Assembly: GCA_013626165.1 (NCBI GenBank)
Contig: NDHX01000002.1
Span: 639-64,638, forward strand
Length of the DNA: 64,000 bases
Reading direction: 5' to 3'
Origin: Candidatus Velesiimonas alkalicola
GTDB taxonomy: Bacteria > Omnitrophota > Gorgyraeia > Velesiimonadales > Velesiimonadaceae
The translations under genes and the position numbers were made by a program. Positions 8,844 to 18,195 of this stretch are shown here, piece after piece. The stretch's first letter is position 1. Each line of letters opens with the position of its first letter. The notes under the pieces were generated by a model. That model was given only the letters and a program-made list of their open reading frames with translations, ran no database searches and was not told where the DNA came from.

Positions 8844-9725
8844 ATGGCATATAAAATAATCATGGGTGATTGCATAAAAGAATTAGAGAGATTAACAACA
8901 ACTATTGATTTGACATTCCTTGATCCGCCTTTTAATCAGGGTAAAGAGTATGCTGAACATGATGATAATATGCCTGACGATGTTTACTGGCAGTGGATGC
9001 GGGAGGTATGCAGCAATATTTACAAATTAACTTCACAAGGCGGAGCAATCTATTTTATGCAAAGGGAAAAAAATACTGAACATATTTTAAGCTGTCTCAG
9101 AGAATCAGGATGGAATTTACAAAATTTAATAATCTGGAAGAAGAAAACTTCAGCAGTACCGTGCAGTAACAAATTTGGAAAACATTACCAGATAATAGCT
9201 TATGCAATCAAGGGGAAAAAGGCGAATGTTTTTAATAGATTAAGGATCAATCCACCCTTGCCGTCTAACTACAAGTGTAAACGAGAAGACGGTATGTATG
9301 TTACTGATGTATGGGACGATATCAGAGAGCTTACAGCAGGCTATTTTGCTGGAGATGAGGCTATTCGTAAACCAGATGGCAACCGTTTCCATAAACAACA
9401 ATCGCCTATCCAATTGCTTTTAAGAATAGTTTTATCCTCGTCAAATCCAAACGATACAGTTTTAGACCCTTTTGCAGGAACAGGAACAACATTGGTAGTC
9501 GCGGAACAATTAAGAAGGAATTCTGTAGGCATAGAAAAAGATAAAGAAAATATAAATTGTATAGAAAAAAGGCTGACGAATAGCAGAGAGTCTGATAATA
9601 TTCAAAGATATTATAATGATTATGTTTATACTGATGATATTGAAAAAATTTGGGGATATGGAGTTGGTGATAGCTCTAAAAAGTATAGAGTTAAACAGCT
9701 TTCAATGTTTGGTTCGGAGAGATGA
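8844..9725 (+). CDS. DNA methyltransferase, beta-class (N6-adenine or N4-cytosine; ParB-type MTase fold)
   Basis: Motif IV DPPF (LTFLDPPFNQG) lies N-terminal and motif I (VLDPFAGTGTT) C-terminal, which is the beta-class order. RBS gaggaa upstream. Confidence 0.8.
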   Translation: MAYKIIMGDCIKELERLTTTIDLTFLDPPFNQGKEYAEHDDNMPDDVYWQWMREVCSNIYKLTSQGGAIYFMQREKNTEHILSCLRESGWNLQNLIIWKKKTSAVPCSNKFGKHYQIIAYAIKGKKANVFNRLRINPPLPSNYKCKREDGMYVTDVWDDIRELTAGYFAGDEAIRKPDGNRFHKQQSPIQLLLRIVLSSSNPNDTVLDPFAGTGTTLVVAEQLRRNSVGIEKDKENINCIEKRLTNSRESDNIQRYYNDYVYTDDIEKIWGYGVGDSSKKYRVKQLSMFGSER

Positions 9726-10555
9726 TGTATTCCATATATCACTTTTTTAAATCGCTTATAGAAAGCAAAAGACACTTTTTGACAGAATATAAACTTGAAG
9801 ACTTCCCGTTTAATGAAAACTTGCTTTCATGCAGAAATAAGGGGACTTTTCCAGATATGGCTATAAGACTAAATACGAATAGGGAAGTCTTTACTGGCGG
9901 TGAATTAATTGAATCGAAAGATAGCAATAGTTATACAGTGTCCTCTTTCAATTCAACCATTCCTTCGGGAAAAAAGGAGATAACAAAAATAATAACTAGC
10001 GAAACCAGCAATATCAAACAACAGATGGAAAATAATGGCGAAGATATTTACTCTTTACCGATCAGGGATGTTTTTTATCTCGTCAGAGGCAAAAAGAATA
10101 GGAATGTAAAAGTCTGCCTTGTTTATGGAAGTTTTTTTGAGACTATTTGCATTGAAGATTTAATCAGTCAATCGTTTTTACAGGTTTTGGAAGAAAGACT
10201 TAGGGATAGAGGAGAAAGTTTTGATGAAGATGTAAAGAAAAAACTCCTGACAATTCTGTCTGAACAACAGAGTTTCAGTAAGGTAAGGGACGTTAAAAAA
10301 GCCTCTGTTAAATTAAGGTTCCGTGTAATGACAGAGGTAAAAGCAGAAGGCAATATTTTAAATCCAAAGAAATATCCTGAGATAAAAGATAACACGCTAA
10401 ATTTTGTTTTACCTTGTCACAACGAAAATGAAGAAAAAGAAATAATTAAAAAAGCAGAATCAATTTTTAACAAAACGGAATTAAAACAATTCATAATCTT
10501 TAAAATCAAGCATCATTTCAACGGCTATTTTCTGGTATTACAAACATCATTATAA
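9722..10555 (+). CDS. putative PD-(D/E)xK restriction endonuclease (or nuclease domain of a degraded Type IIG enzyme)
   Basis: Start overlaps the MTase stop (ATGA). Candidate catalytic motif FPD(45)...ELIESK(61-66). No close family recognisable by eye. Confidence 0.4.
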   Translation: MMYSIYHFFKSLIESKRHFLTEYKLEDFPFNENLLSCRNKGTFPDMAIRLNTNREVFTGGELIESKDSNSYTVSSFNSTIPSGKKEITKIITSETSNIKQQMENNGEDIYSLPIRDVFYLVRGKKNRNVKVCLVYGSFFETICIEDLISQSFLQVLEERLRDRGESFDEDVKKKLLTILSEQQSFSKVRDVKKASVKLRFRVMTEVKAEGNILNPKKYPEIKDNTLNFVLPCHNENEEKEIIKKAESIFNKTELKQFIIFKIKHHFNGYFLVLQTSL

Positions 10556-10597
10556 CTATCAATCAGACCAGTTACATTGGAACTTATCTCAGATTGA

Positions 10598-11254
10598 GAA
10601 TGTCGGCACAATGGGCGAAAAAGCGGAGACAAACAAAAATCAAAAAGAAAATCACAGGGAATTTATTATACGCCAAAATATATTGTTGAGTTTATCGTCA
10701 AGGAAACCCTGGGTGAGGTGTTAAGGAAAGCCAGGCCAAAAGAGATACAAAAAATAAAAGTGCTTGACCCTGCTTGCGGTTCAGGTTCTTTCCTTACTGC
10801 CGCATACGATAGGATTTTGGAAACTCTAACAAAACAAAATCCACAGACCTCACTTTTTGCCAAGTTTGATATTCTGAAAGACAATATCTACGGCGTTGGC
10901 TTGGACACACAAGCAGTTGAAATCGCCCAACTTAATCTCTTGCTCAAAGTCCTTTCTCAAAAAACAAAATTGCCAACACTGGAAAAACTTAAAGAGGATA
11001 AAAGAACTGAAAGTTTTTGCGTAATTGAGAATACCGATATTAATAAAACAAGAAATGATATTGTTCATAAAAACGCATATAGACCATCTTTGTGCGATGT
11101 GCAAAAATATGACAAATTGATTAGCAGTCTAAATTGGTTAGGTATATCATATTTGAAGGTGCAAGACTCGCTTTATTATATTAACCAAAGAACTTGCCGC
11201 CTGCACTCGGCTGAGCCGAGCAATCAGCCAAAGGCGGGCACGGGAACGACATAA
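10598..11254 (+). pseudogene. start-less, 3'-truncated gamma-class N6-adenine DNA methyltransferase fragment (motif X and motif I only)
   Basis: Open frame from 10598 with no start codon encodes GIYYTPKYIVEFIV (motif X) and VLDPACGSGSFL (motif I). Motif IV NPPY/F is absent. It is in the same frame as the upstream nuclease ORF and separated from it by two stops. Confidence 0.6.
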
Positions 11255-11408
11255 AAACCTGTTCCTGTCTCTTTTCACATTTCAGGGTAGTATTATAAAT
11301 CCAAATATTGAACCACCTATCTATTTAACAGGGCAATTATGGTTAGAAGAAATACAAAGTCTTTACAAAAACAACAGACCTGCCTACAGGCAGGATTTTG
11401 ATTCAATT

Positions 11409-12293
11409 ATGGGAAATATACTTGAAACCTTAAATCAAAAAAGAGTTTTGCTTTTAGACGGTGCAATGGGAACGCGACTTCAGGAACAGGGATTGCAATC
11501 GGGAGAAGCGCCTGAATTATGGAATATAAAACACCCTGAAATAATTTCCCTGATACACAAAGAATATGTGGGCGCAGGTTCAGATGTTATTCTTACCAAT
11601 ACATTCGGAGGTAATCTAATAAAATTAAAAAAGGCTGGAATTGAAGTATTGTTTAAAGATATAAACTCTGCTGCTGTAAGAATTGCCCGTTCTGCCGAAG
11701 CCGATTATGTTTTTGGTGATATTGGACCTACAGGTGAACTACTTGAGCCATATGGAGAATTGAAAACAGAAGATGCCATAGATGTATTTAAAAAGCAGGG
11801 AGAGGTTCTTACCCTTGCAGGTGTGGACGGATTTATAATTGAAACTATGATAGATGTTGAAGAGGCTGTATGTGCGGTTAAAGGATTAAAACAGTTTGGA
11901 CTTCCGATATTTTCATCTATTACATTTCAGAAAACAAAAAAAGGTGAATTTAGAACTCTTATGGGACAAACCCCTCAAGGCGCAGCAGTAAGATTAAAAG
12001 ATGAGGGCTCTTGTGCGGTTGGAACAAACTGCGGACTCGTAATTGAAGAAATGATAGGTCTTGTAAAACAGATTTCTACATCTGTATCTGTTCCAATTAT
12101 TGCAGAACCAAATGCAGGGATTCCTAAAATAAAAAACGGAAAAACGGTGTTTGAGCAAACCCCTGCGGATTTTGCATCACATCTTAAAATGCTCATAGAT
12201 GCGGGAGCAAGCATCATAGGCGGATGTTGCGGAACAACCCCATCATTTATAAAAGCATTAAAGAAAGAATTAGAAATTTCGGTCAAAAAATGA
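11409..12293 (+). CDS. homocysteine S-methyltransferase domain protein (MmuM-like / MetH N-domain-like)
   Basis: Hcy-binding TIM barrel with Zn-ligand motifs (GTNCG, GGCCGTTP). Confidence 0.75.
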   Translation: MGNILETLNQKRVLLLDGAMGTRLQEQGLQSGEAPELWNIKHPEIISLIHKEYVGAGSDVILTNTFGGNLIKLKKAGIEVLFKDINSAAVRIARSAEADYVFGDIGPTGELLEPYGELKTEDAIDVFKKQGEVLTLAGVDGFIIETMIDVEEAVCAVKGLKQFGLPIFSSITFQKTKKGEFRTLMGQTPQGAAVRLKDEGSCAVGTNCGLVIEEMIGLVKQISTSVSVPIIAEPNAGIPKIKNGKTVFEQTPADFASHLKMLIDAGASIIGGCCGTTPSFIKALKKELEISVKK

Positions 12294-13447
12294 ATCCAAA
12301 AATAATAATATTTTATACGCCCTGTGGAGCAGGTCATAGAAGGGCTGCTGAGTCAATTGCAGAAGGTTTTAAAAGATCAGGACACCCTGATGAGCGGGTC
12401 ATAATAAAAAACTCACTTGAATTTGTAAATAAACTTGCAGGAAAATTATATGTAAAAGGTTATGATTTTCTTCTAAAACATGCTCTGTTGTTGTGGGCTT
12501 TTTTTTATTCTGTAACAGATGTAAAATTTTCGGCCCCTTTTTTTAAGGTTTTAAGAAGGGTATATAACGAACTAACCTGCAAGGGGTTGGTTAAATTTAT
12601 AAAAGAGCAATCCCCTGATGTTATAATCTGCACACACTTTCTTCCCGAAGAGATTGTCTGTTCAATGAAAAAAAAGGGGTTGTATGAGAGAAGACTCGTC
12701 ACCTGTGTTACAGATTTAAGGGTTCATTCATTCTGGATACTTGATGGAGTGGATGATTATGTTGTCGGAGGCGAAGAGGGTAAAAAGGACCTTTTAAGGT
12801 GGGGTGTAGAAGAGAAAAAGATAAAAGTTTTTGGTATACCTGTTCATCCTGAATTTTCTAATGATTTAGATAGGCAAAAATTATGCGAAAAATTAGGAAT
12901 CAAAGACTCTGTGTTTACAATACTTGTTACTGCTGGTGGATTGGGTATAGGACCTGTAAAAAAGATTGTCCAATCTTTAACTATAATTTCTGAGGAACTA
13001 CAGATCCTTGTTGTTTGTGGAAAAAGTCCAAAACTTTTTAAGGATTTGACTGCATTTGCTAGATCAAGTTTAGAAATATCAGAACCCTCCCCATATGCGA
13101 TGAATAAAAAAAAGATTTGTATATTTGAGTTTGTAAATAATATGCATGAGATTATGTCTGTAAGCGATATAATAATTTCAAAAGCAGGTGGCTCAACCGT
13201 TGCAGAGGCACTTGCAAAACAATTGCCGATTATTATAATAAGGCCTATTCCTGGGCAGGAGATAAAAAATACTGAAGTTCTTGTATCAAACAATGCAGGA
13301 ATAAGGGCTTATAATGTCCAGCAGGCGATAGAGAGTGTCCGGTTTTTAATGAAAGACAAAGACCACATACTTGAATTAAAGAAAGGAATACAGAAGATAA
13401 GGAAGCCCCATTCTGCAATAGATATTTGTAGGCTTGTGTTAAAATAG
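12290..13447 (+). CDS. GT28-family glycosyltransferase, monoglycosyldiacylglycerol synthase (UgtP/MGDG synthase)-like
   Basis: N-terminal IIIFYTPCGAGHRRAAESIAEGF is typical of MGDG synthase/MurG-like GT28. Start chosen at MNPKIII, overlapping the upstream stop. Confidence 0.7.
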   Translation: MNPKIIIFYTPCGAGHRRAAESIAEGFKRSGHPDERVIIKNSLEFVNKLAGKLYVKGYDFLLKHALLLWAFFYSVTDVKFSAPFFKVLRRVYNELTCKGLVKFIKEQSPDVIICTHFLPEEIVCSMKKKGLYERRLVTCVTDLRVHSFWILDGVDDYVVGGEEGKKDLLRWGVEEKKIKVFGIPVHPEFSNDLDRQKLCEKLGIKDSVFTILVTAGGLGIGPVKKIVQSLTIISEELQILVVCGKSPKLFKDLTAFARSSLEISEPSPYAMNKKKICIFEFVNNMHEIMSVSDIIISKAGGSTVAEALAKQLPIIIIRPIPGQEIKNTEVLVSNNAGIRAYNVQQAIESVRFLMKDKDHILELKKGIQKIRKPHSAIDICRLVLK

Positions 13448-13468
13448 GGCTTACTGAAAGCCCTGATT

Positions 13469-13525
13469 ACACAGATTTTTGAAAGATTACACCGATAGGG
13501 TCTGATGAGTTTTTCAGCAGACCCT
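13469..13525. repeat. short intergenic repeat, family 3 (ACACAGATTTTTGAAA...CACCGAT...GGTCTGATGAGTTTTTC...GACCC)
   Basis: Near-identical copy at 28099-28159 and a partial copy at 40362-40408. Each contains an imperfect hairpin around the GGTCTG...CAGACC core. Confidence 0.6.
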
Positions 13526-13534
13526 AAAATAAAT

Positions 13535-14233
13535 ATGGATAAATCAGCAAAAAAAGATTTAATAAATTCTGTAAAAACATATCTTGATTCACACATAATG
13601 GCAGGCGTTGGGATGCTTGCAGTTAGAAGGGAAAATATATCAATCCCCTCATATATTTTCACCGCCTCCGATGATTGCCTGGAAGATAGATGGGAAGAAC
13701 TTTATAAAGAATGTGTGGGTTGCCGTTTATGCGAACTTTCAAAAACAAGAACAAATGTTGTTTTTGGAGAAGGAAATAAAAGTGCAAAGATTGTGTTTAT
13801 CGGTGAAGCCCCGGGCAGGGACGAAGACTTACAGGCAAAGCCATTTGTGGGAAGGGCAGGGCAACTTCTTACAAGAATGATAGAGGCTATGAACTTAAAA
13901 AGGACAGATGTGTATATATGTAATGTTCTTAAATGTAGACCACCTGACAACAGACCCCCGCAGCAGATAGAGATTTCGGTATGCAGAAAATATCTTGAAA
14001 AGCAGATAGAGTTGATCTCTCCAAAGGTTATATGTACATTAGGGAGGTATGCAGCACAGACAATACTTGGAACAATAGATGGTATAACCACTTTCAGGGG
14101 AAAACAGGGGGTGTATAAAAATATACCTGTTATTCCAACGTATCATCCTGCCTATCTTCTTCGTAATCTTTCTGCAAAACAAGATACATGGGAAGACCTG
14201 CAAAAAGTTACAAAAATACTTGAGCAAAATTAG
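13535..14233 (+). CDS. uracil-DNA glycosylase, family 4 (Fe-S type)
   Basis: GEGNKSAKIVFIGEAPGRDED and GRAGQLL motifs plus Cys ligands. Start moved to MDKSAKK because the ATG at 13505 lies inside the family-3 repeat. Confidence 0.8.
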   Translation: MDKSAKKDLINSVKTYLDSHIMAGVGMLAVRRENISIPSYIFTASDDCLEDRWEELYKECVGCRLCELSKTRTNVVFGEGNKSAKIVFIGEAPGRDEDLQAKPFVGRAGQLLTRMIEAMNLKRTDVYICNVLKCRPPDNRPPQQIEISVCRKYLEKQIELISPKVICTLGRYAAQTILGTIDGITTFRGKQGVYKNIPVIPTYHPAYLLRNLSAKQDTWEDLQKVTKILEQN

Positions 14234-14285
14234 ATAAAAACATATAATATGTGTAAAAACAATGATATACAGAGAGGAGGTTCAT

Positions 14286-16145
14286 ATGGCAAAAGTGATA
14301 GGTATAGACCTTGGTACATCCAATTCTGCAGCAGCGGCAATGGAAGCGGGGCGTCCTACAATTATTCCGAGTGCGGAAGGAACAAGTTTAGGAGGTAAGG
14401 CATTCCCCTCATATGTTGCCTTTACGAAAGATGGGCACAGGCTTGTGGGTGAACCAGCCCGTCGTCAGGCAATAATAAACCCGGAAGGAACCGTAATGAC
14501 TGCAAAAAGAAAGATGGGAACTGACCATAAATATAAGATACACGGTAAGGAATACACTCCACAGCAGATTTCGGCATTTATACTTCAAAAAGTAAAACAG
14601 GATGCAGAAGCCTATATCGGGGAGCCCATCACAGAGGCTGTTATTACCTGCCCTGCATACTTTGATGATAACCAGAGAACTGCAACAAAAGATGCAGGAG
14701 AGATAGCGGGTTTTAAGGTTCTTCGTGTTATCAATGAGCCGACTGCTGCTTGTCTTGCTTACGGGTTTGAAAAAGAAAAAAAAGAACAGAAAGTACTTGT
14801 ATTTGATTTTGGTGGAGGAACGCTTGATGTAACGATTATGGAGATGGCAGAAGGTGTATTTGAGGTAAAATCCACAAGCGGAGACACACAGTTGGGAGGC
14901 ACCGATATGGATAACCGCTTGATTGATTATATTGCGGGGGAGTTTAAAAAAGAGTCAGGCATAGATGTCAGAAACGATAAGATGGCTATACAGAGATTAA
15001 GAGAAGCATCTGAAAAGGCAAAGATAGAACTTTCAAGCACAATGACAACGGATATAAATCTTCCGTTTATAACTGCTGATGCCACAGGTCCAAAACATCT
15101 TACGATGTCAATCACAAGAAGAAAGATTGAAGATCTTGTAACCCCGATTATAGAAAAATGCAGGCATCCTATTGAACAGGCACTTGGTGATGCAAAACTT
15201 GCCTCTGAGGATATAGACAGAATTATTCTTGTAGGAGGACCTACACGGATGCCTGCTGTTCAAAAATTTGTAGAAGACATAGTTGGTAAAAAAATAGAAC
15301 GTGGGGTTGATCCGATGGAGTGTGTGGCTATTGGTGCCGCAATTCAGGGAGCAGTACTAAAAGGAGAAATAAAAGATGTACTTCTTCTTGATGTAACTCC
15401 TCTTTCATTAGGCATAGAAACATTAGGCGGTGTTTCTACAAAACTTATTGAAAGAAACACAACCATACCCACAAAAAAAAGTCAGATATTTTCAACAGCA
15501 GCAGATAACCAGACTGCTGTTACAATAAGGGTTCTTCAGGGAGAAAGGTCAATGGCAGACGATAATGTTGAACTTGGAAGGTTTGACCTTATAGGGATTC
15601 CTCCCGCTCCAAGAGGGGTTCCCCAGATAGAGGTCACATTTGACATAGATGCAAATGGTATTGTGCATGTTAATGCAAAAGATATGGGAACGGGTAAGGA
15701 ACAGTCAATCAGGATAACCGCCCCAAAGAAGTTAAGTAAAGAGGAAATAGAAAAAATGGTAAAAGATGCTGAGCGCTTTGTAAAAGAAGATGAAAAAAGA
15801 AAAGAAGAGGTTGATGTCAGAAATCAGGCAGACGGGCTTCTTCATACAACTGAGAAGTCATTAAAAGAATACGGGGACAAGGTATCTGCACCTGAAAAGG
15901 AAAAAGTAGAACAGAAGATCAATCAACTTAAAAGCACACTGAAAGGCAGAGATATAGAGAAAATAAAAAAGGATATGGATGAACTTGTTCAAGCCTCTCA
16001 CAGCATTGCAGAACAATTGTATAAGCAGAAGGCGCCTGGCGGGCAACAAGAAGAGAAAGAAGAACCTTCACAAAAAGCAGGTGAAACAAAGAAAGACGAG
16101 AATGTTGTAGATGCTGAGTTTAAGGTAGAAGACGAGAAGAAATAG
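14286..16145 (+). CDS. dnaK: molecular chaperone DnaK (Hsp70)
   Basis: Hsp70 signatures [30 protein letters not shown] agaggagg. Start at MAKVIG. Confidence 0.95.
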   Translation: MAKVIGIDLGTSNSAAAAMEAGRPTIIPSAEGTSLGGKAFPSYVAFTKDGHRLVGEPARRQAIINPEGTVMTAKRKMGTDHKYKIHGKEYTPQQISAFILQKVKQDAEAYIGEPITEAVITCPAYFDDNQRTATKDAGEIAGFKVLRVINEPTAACLAYGFEKEKKEQKVLVFDFGGGTLDVTIMEMAEGVFEVKSTSGDTQLGGTDMDNRLIDYIAGEFKKESGIDVRNDKMAIQRLREASEKAKIELSSTMTTDINLPFITADATGPKHLTMSITRRKIEDLVTPIIEKCRHPIEQALGDAKLASEDIDRIILVGGPTRMPAVQKFVEDIVGKKIERGVDPMECVAIGAAIQGAVLKGEIKDVLLLDVTPLSLGIETLGGVSTKLIERNTTIPTKKSQIFSTAADNQTAVTIRVLQGERSMADDNVELGRFDLIGIPPAPRGVPQIEVTFDIDANGIVHVNAKDMGTGKEQSIRITAPKKLSKEEIEKMVKDAERFVKEDEKRKEEVDVRNQADGLLHTTEKSLKEYGDKVSAPEKEKVEQKINQLKSTLKGRDIEKIKKDMDELVQASHSIAEQLYKQKAPGGQQEEKEEPSQKAGETKKDENVVDAEFKVEDEKK

Positions 16146-16233
16146 GGTAACAGGTGACTGGTGCTCTGGTGCTCTGGAGACTGGTTTTCCTCGTTGATAG
16201 TCTTTTAGTTGCCTCAAGAATGGAGGATTACAG

Positions 16234-16539
16234 ATGCATAATCTAATTGCAATGGTAGGTCAGCAGGGACAGGGGGGTGGAAACATACTCTTATCACTTC
16301 TTCCACTTATTATTCTTTTTGCTGTTATGTATTTTCTTATTATTGGACCTCAACGCAGACAGCAGAAAGAACATGAAAAAGTAATTTCATCTCTTTCTAA
16401 AAATGATGTGATTATTACAACAGGTGGGCTACACGGGACAGTTATAAATGTGAAAGACAAGACAGTTGTTATAAGGGTTGAGGAAGGGAAGATTGAGGTT
16501 GACAAAACCTGTGTTGGAAGGATAACTAAGAAGGGATGA
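16234..16539 (+). CDS. yajC: preprotein translocase subunit YajC
   Basis: ~100 aa, single TM helix, conserved IITTGGLHGTV motif. Confidence 0.85.
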   Translation: MHNLIAMVGQQGQGGGNILLSLLPLIILFAVMYFLIIGPQRRQQKEHEKVISSLSKNDVIITTGGLHGTVINVKDKTVVIRVEEGKIEVDKTCVGRITKKG

Positions 16540-16545
16540 ATGGTG

Positions 16546-16659
16546 TAGTAGATAGTAGGTAGTAGGTAGGAAAAATATCCCTCCTTTTATAAAGGAGGGT
16601 TGGGTGGATTATATTTTCCCCGATCTCCTAACTCCTACCTACTAATTCCTGCCTACTAT
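16546..16659. repeat. palindromic TAGTAGGTAGG-arm element, copy A (short-left/long-right arm variant)
   Basis: tagtagatagtaggtagtaggtaggaaaaatatccctcc / tttataaagg / ggagggttgggtggattatattttcccc...cctacctactaattcctgcctactat. The arms are reverse complements. Confidence 0.85.
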
Positions 16660-16674
16660 GTTTGTGGGGGTAAA

Positions 16675-18033
16675 ATGGATGTTAAATCAAAGGTTTTGAT
16701 TACAGTTGCAATACTCGGGTTTTGTGCCTGGCTTTTGCATCCCACTGTAAGATGGTACGGAATGTCTGAGGATGAAAGAGAAGAACTTGACGAAGAGGAA
16801 GTTATTAATCTTCAAAAGGGAATAATAAACCTTGGTCTTGATCTTCAGGGTGGGATGGATGTTCTTTTAGAGGTTGATGTAAAAAAACGTCCCGAAGGTA
16901 TGCCAAAGAGGCAGGCAGTTGAACAGTCAAAAGACATAATTGTAAAAAGGGTTGACCAGCTAGGGCTTTCCGAAACACTTGTTGTAAGAGAGGGTGAACA
17001 GTGGATAAGGGTTCAACTGCCAGGGGTAAAGGATACAAAAAGAGCCCTTGAGCTTATAGGTAAAACCGCAATGCTTGAATTTAAGATTGTTGAAGATACT
17101 CCTGAACTTGTTTCAAGAGCATTGTCCGGAGATATTCCGTCAGGTTTAGAGGTTCTACCAGGTACGGAAGAAGAAAAAATAGTTGTCCAATCAACCGCTC
17201 TTTTGACAGGGGGCGATTTAAAACCTACTGCGAGGGTTGATTTTGGCGGTCAGTTTGGAGAGCCGCATGTAAGTATAGAGTTCACAAGAGTTGGAGCAAG
17301 AAAATTTGCAAGGGTTACCGAGCGGAACATAGGCAGACAACTTGCCATTATACTTGATGGGGTTGTCCAGTCTGCACCTGTTATACAGACAGCCATACCG
17401 GATGGTAGGGCAATCATAACACATCGTGGAGGGAATATTCAAGATGCAAGCGATACAGCAATAATTTTAAGAGCAGGCGCACTGCCTGTTCCAGTAGATG
17501 TAATACAAACAACAATTGTAGGTCCTACACTGGGAATAGATTCTATAAAAAAAGGAATCCTCGCCTGTATTGTGGGTGGACTTGCAGTTATTATTTTTAT
17601 GGGGATGTACTACAAATTATCAGGTCTTATTGCTGATATAGGGCTTGTGGTCAATATTATTATACTTCTTGCTTCTCTTGCTATGTTAGGTGCAACGCTA
17701 ACACTTCCCGGTATAGCGGGTATCATACTTACAATTGGCATATCTGTTGATGCAAATGTTCTTATATTTGAAAGGATAAGAGAAGAGCTGACAAGGGGTT
17801 TAAGTATAAAGCAGGCTATAAAAACAGGATATAACAAGGCATTTCTTACCATATGTGATTCAAATATTACAACACTCGTAGGAGCAGCTATTATTTATAT
17901 GTTTGGAGGTGGGCAGATTCAGGGGTTTGCAATAACACTGGGACTTGGTGTTCTTATAAACCTGTATACAGCAGTTGTTGTTACAAAAACAATGTTTGAG
18001 ATGAGGAAAGAATATAAAGTACTGAGTATTTAG
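16675..18033 (+). CDS. secD: protein translocase subunit SecD
   Basis: LGLDLQGGMDVLLEVD signature, periplasmic domain and six C-terminal TM helices. Start at MDVKSKV, since the ORF-track start 16600 lies inside the palindromic element. No secF follows. Confidence 0.85.
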   Translation: MDVKSKVLITVAILGFCAWLLHPTVRWYGMSEDEREELDEEEVINLQKGIINLGLDLQGGMDVLLEVDVKKRPEGMPKRQAVEQSKDIIVKRVDQLGLSETLVVREGEQWIRVQLPGVKDTKRALELIGKTAMLEFKIVEDTPELVSRALSGDIPSGLEVLPGTEEEKIVVQSTALLTGGDLKPTARVDFGGQFGEPHVSIEFTRVGARKFARVTERNIGRQLAIILDGVVQSAPVIQTAIPDGRAIITHRGGNIQDASDTAIILRAGALPVPVDVIQTTIVGPTLGIDSIKKGILACIVGGLAVIIFMGMYYKLSGLIADIGLVVNIIILLASLAMLGATLTLPGIAGIILTIGISVDANVLIFERIREELTRGLSIKQAIKTGYNKAFLTICDSNITTLVGAAIIYMFGGGQIQGFAITLGLGVLINLYTAVVVTKTMFEMRKEYKVLSI

Positions 18034-18195
18034 TTAAGGCGAGATTGGTGGCAGGGGAAAAATTGGTTCTTACTCGGCAAGTAAATACTCAGTCAACTGT
18101 GTTGCCTGAAATATAAACGGTATTTAGTAAATATTTATTTCAAACTTGCCTGTGCGAGGCAGACACAGGCACGCAAGGCAAATTAAAGGGTAATT

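Noticed and set aside
7909-11400. Checked whether the repeats at 8019-8100 or elsewhere form a CRISPR array
   Set aside because: The repeats are not regularly spaced, are only 8-13 nt long, and there are no cas genes. Not CRISPR.
11350-11400. Looked for a SAM/SAH riboswitch or T-box in the short leader of the homocysteine methyltransferase gene
   Set aside because: Only a small cctgcct..aggcagg hairpin is present. The leader is too short and lacks riboswitch core motifs.
12224-12289. Longer start (12224) for the GT28-like gene
   Set aside because: That extension lies inside the 3' end of the upstream gene in another frame. The MNPKIII start at 12290 overlaps the upstream stop in the usual ATGA coupling.
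13500-13512. GGTCTGATGAG looked like the hammerhead ribozyme CUGAUGA core
   Set aside because: No downstream GAAA / stem II-III arrangement or cleavage-site context in any of the three copies. It was kept as a plain repeat family.
16600-16674. ORF-track starts MGGLYFP... at 16600, 19653 (minus) and 39742, which extend secD and create other ORFs
   Set aside because: These start codons lie inside the palindromic TAGTAGGTAGG elements. The same peptide appears in three unrelated places, so they are repeat-derived artefacts. secD was restarted at 16675.
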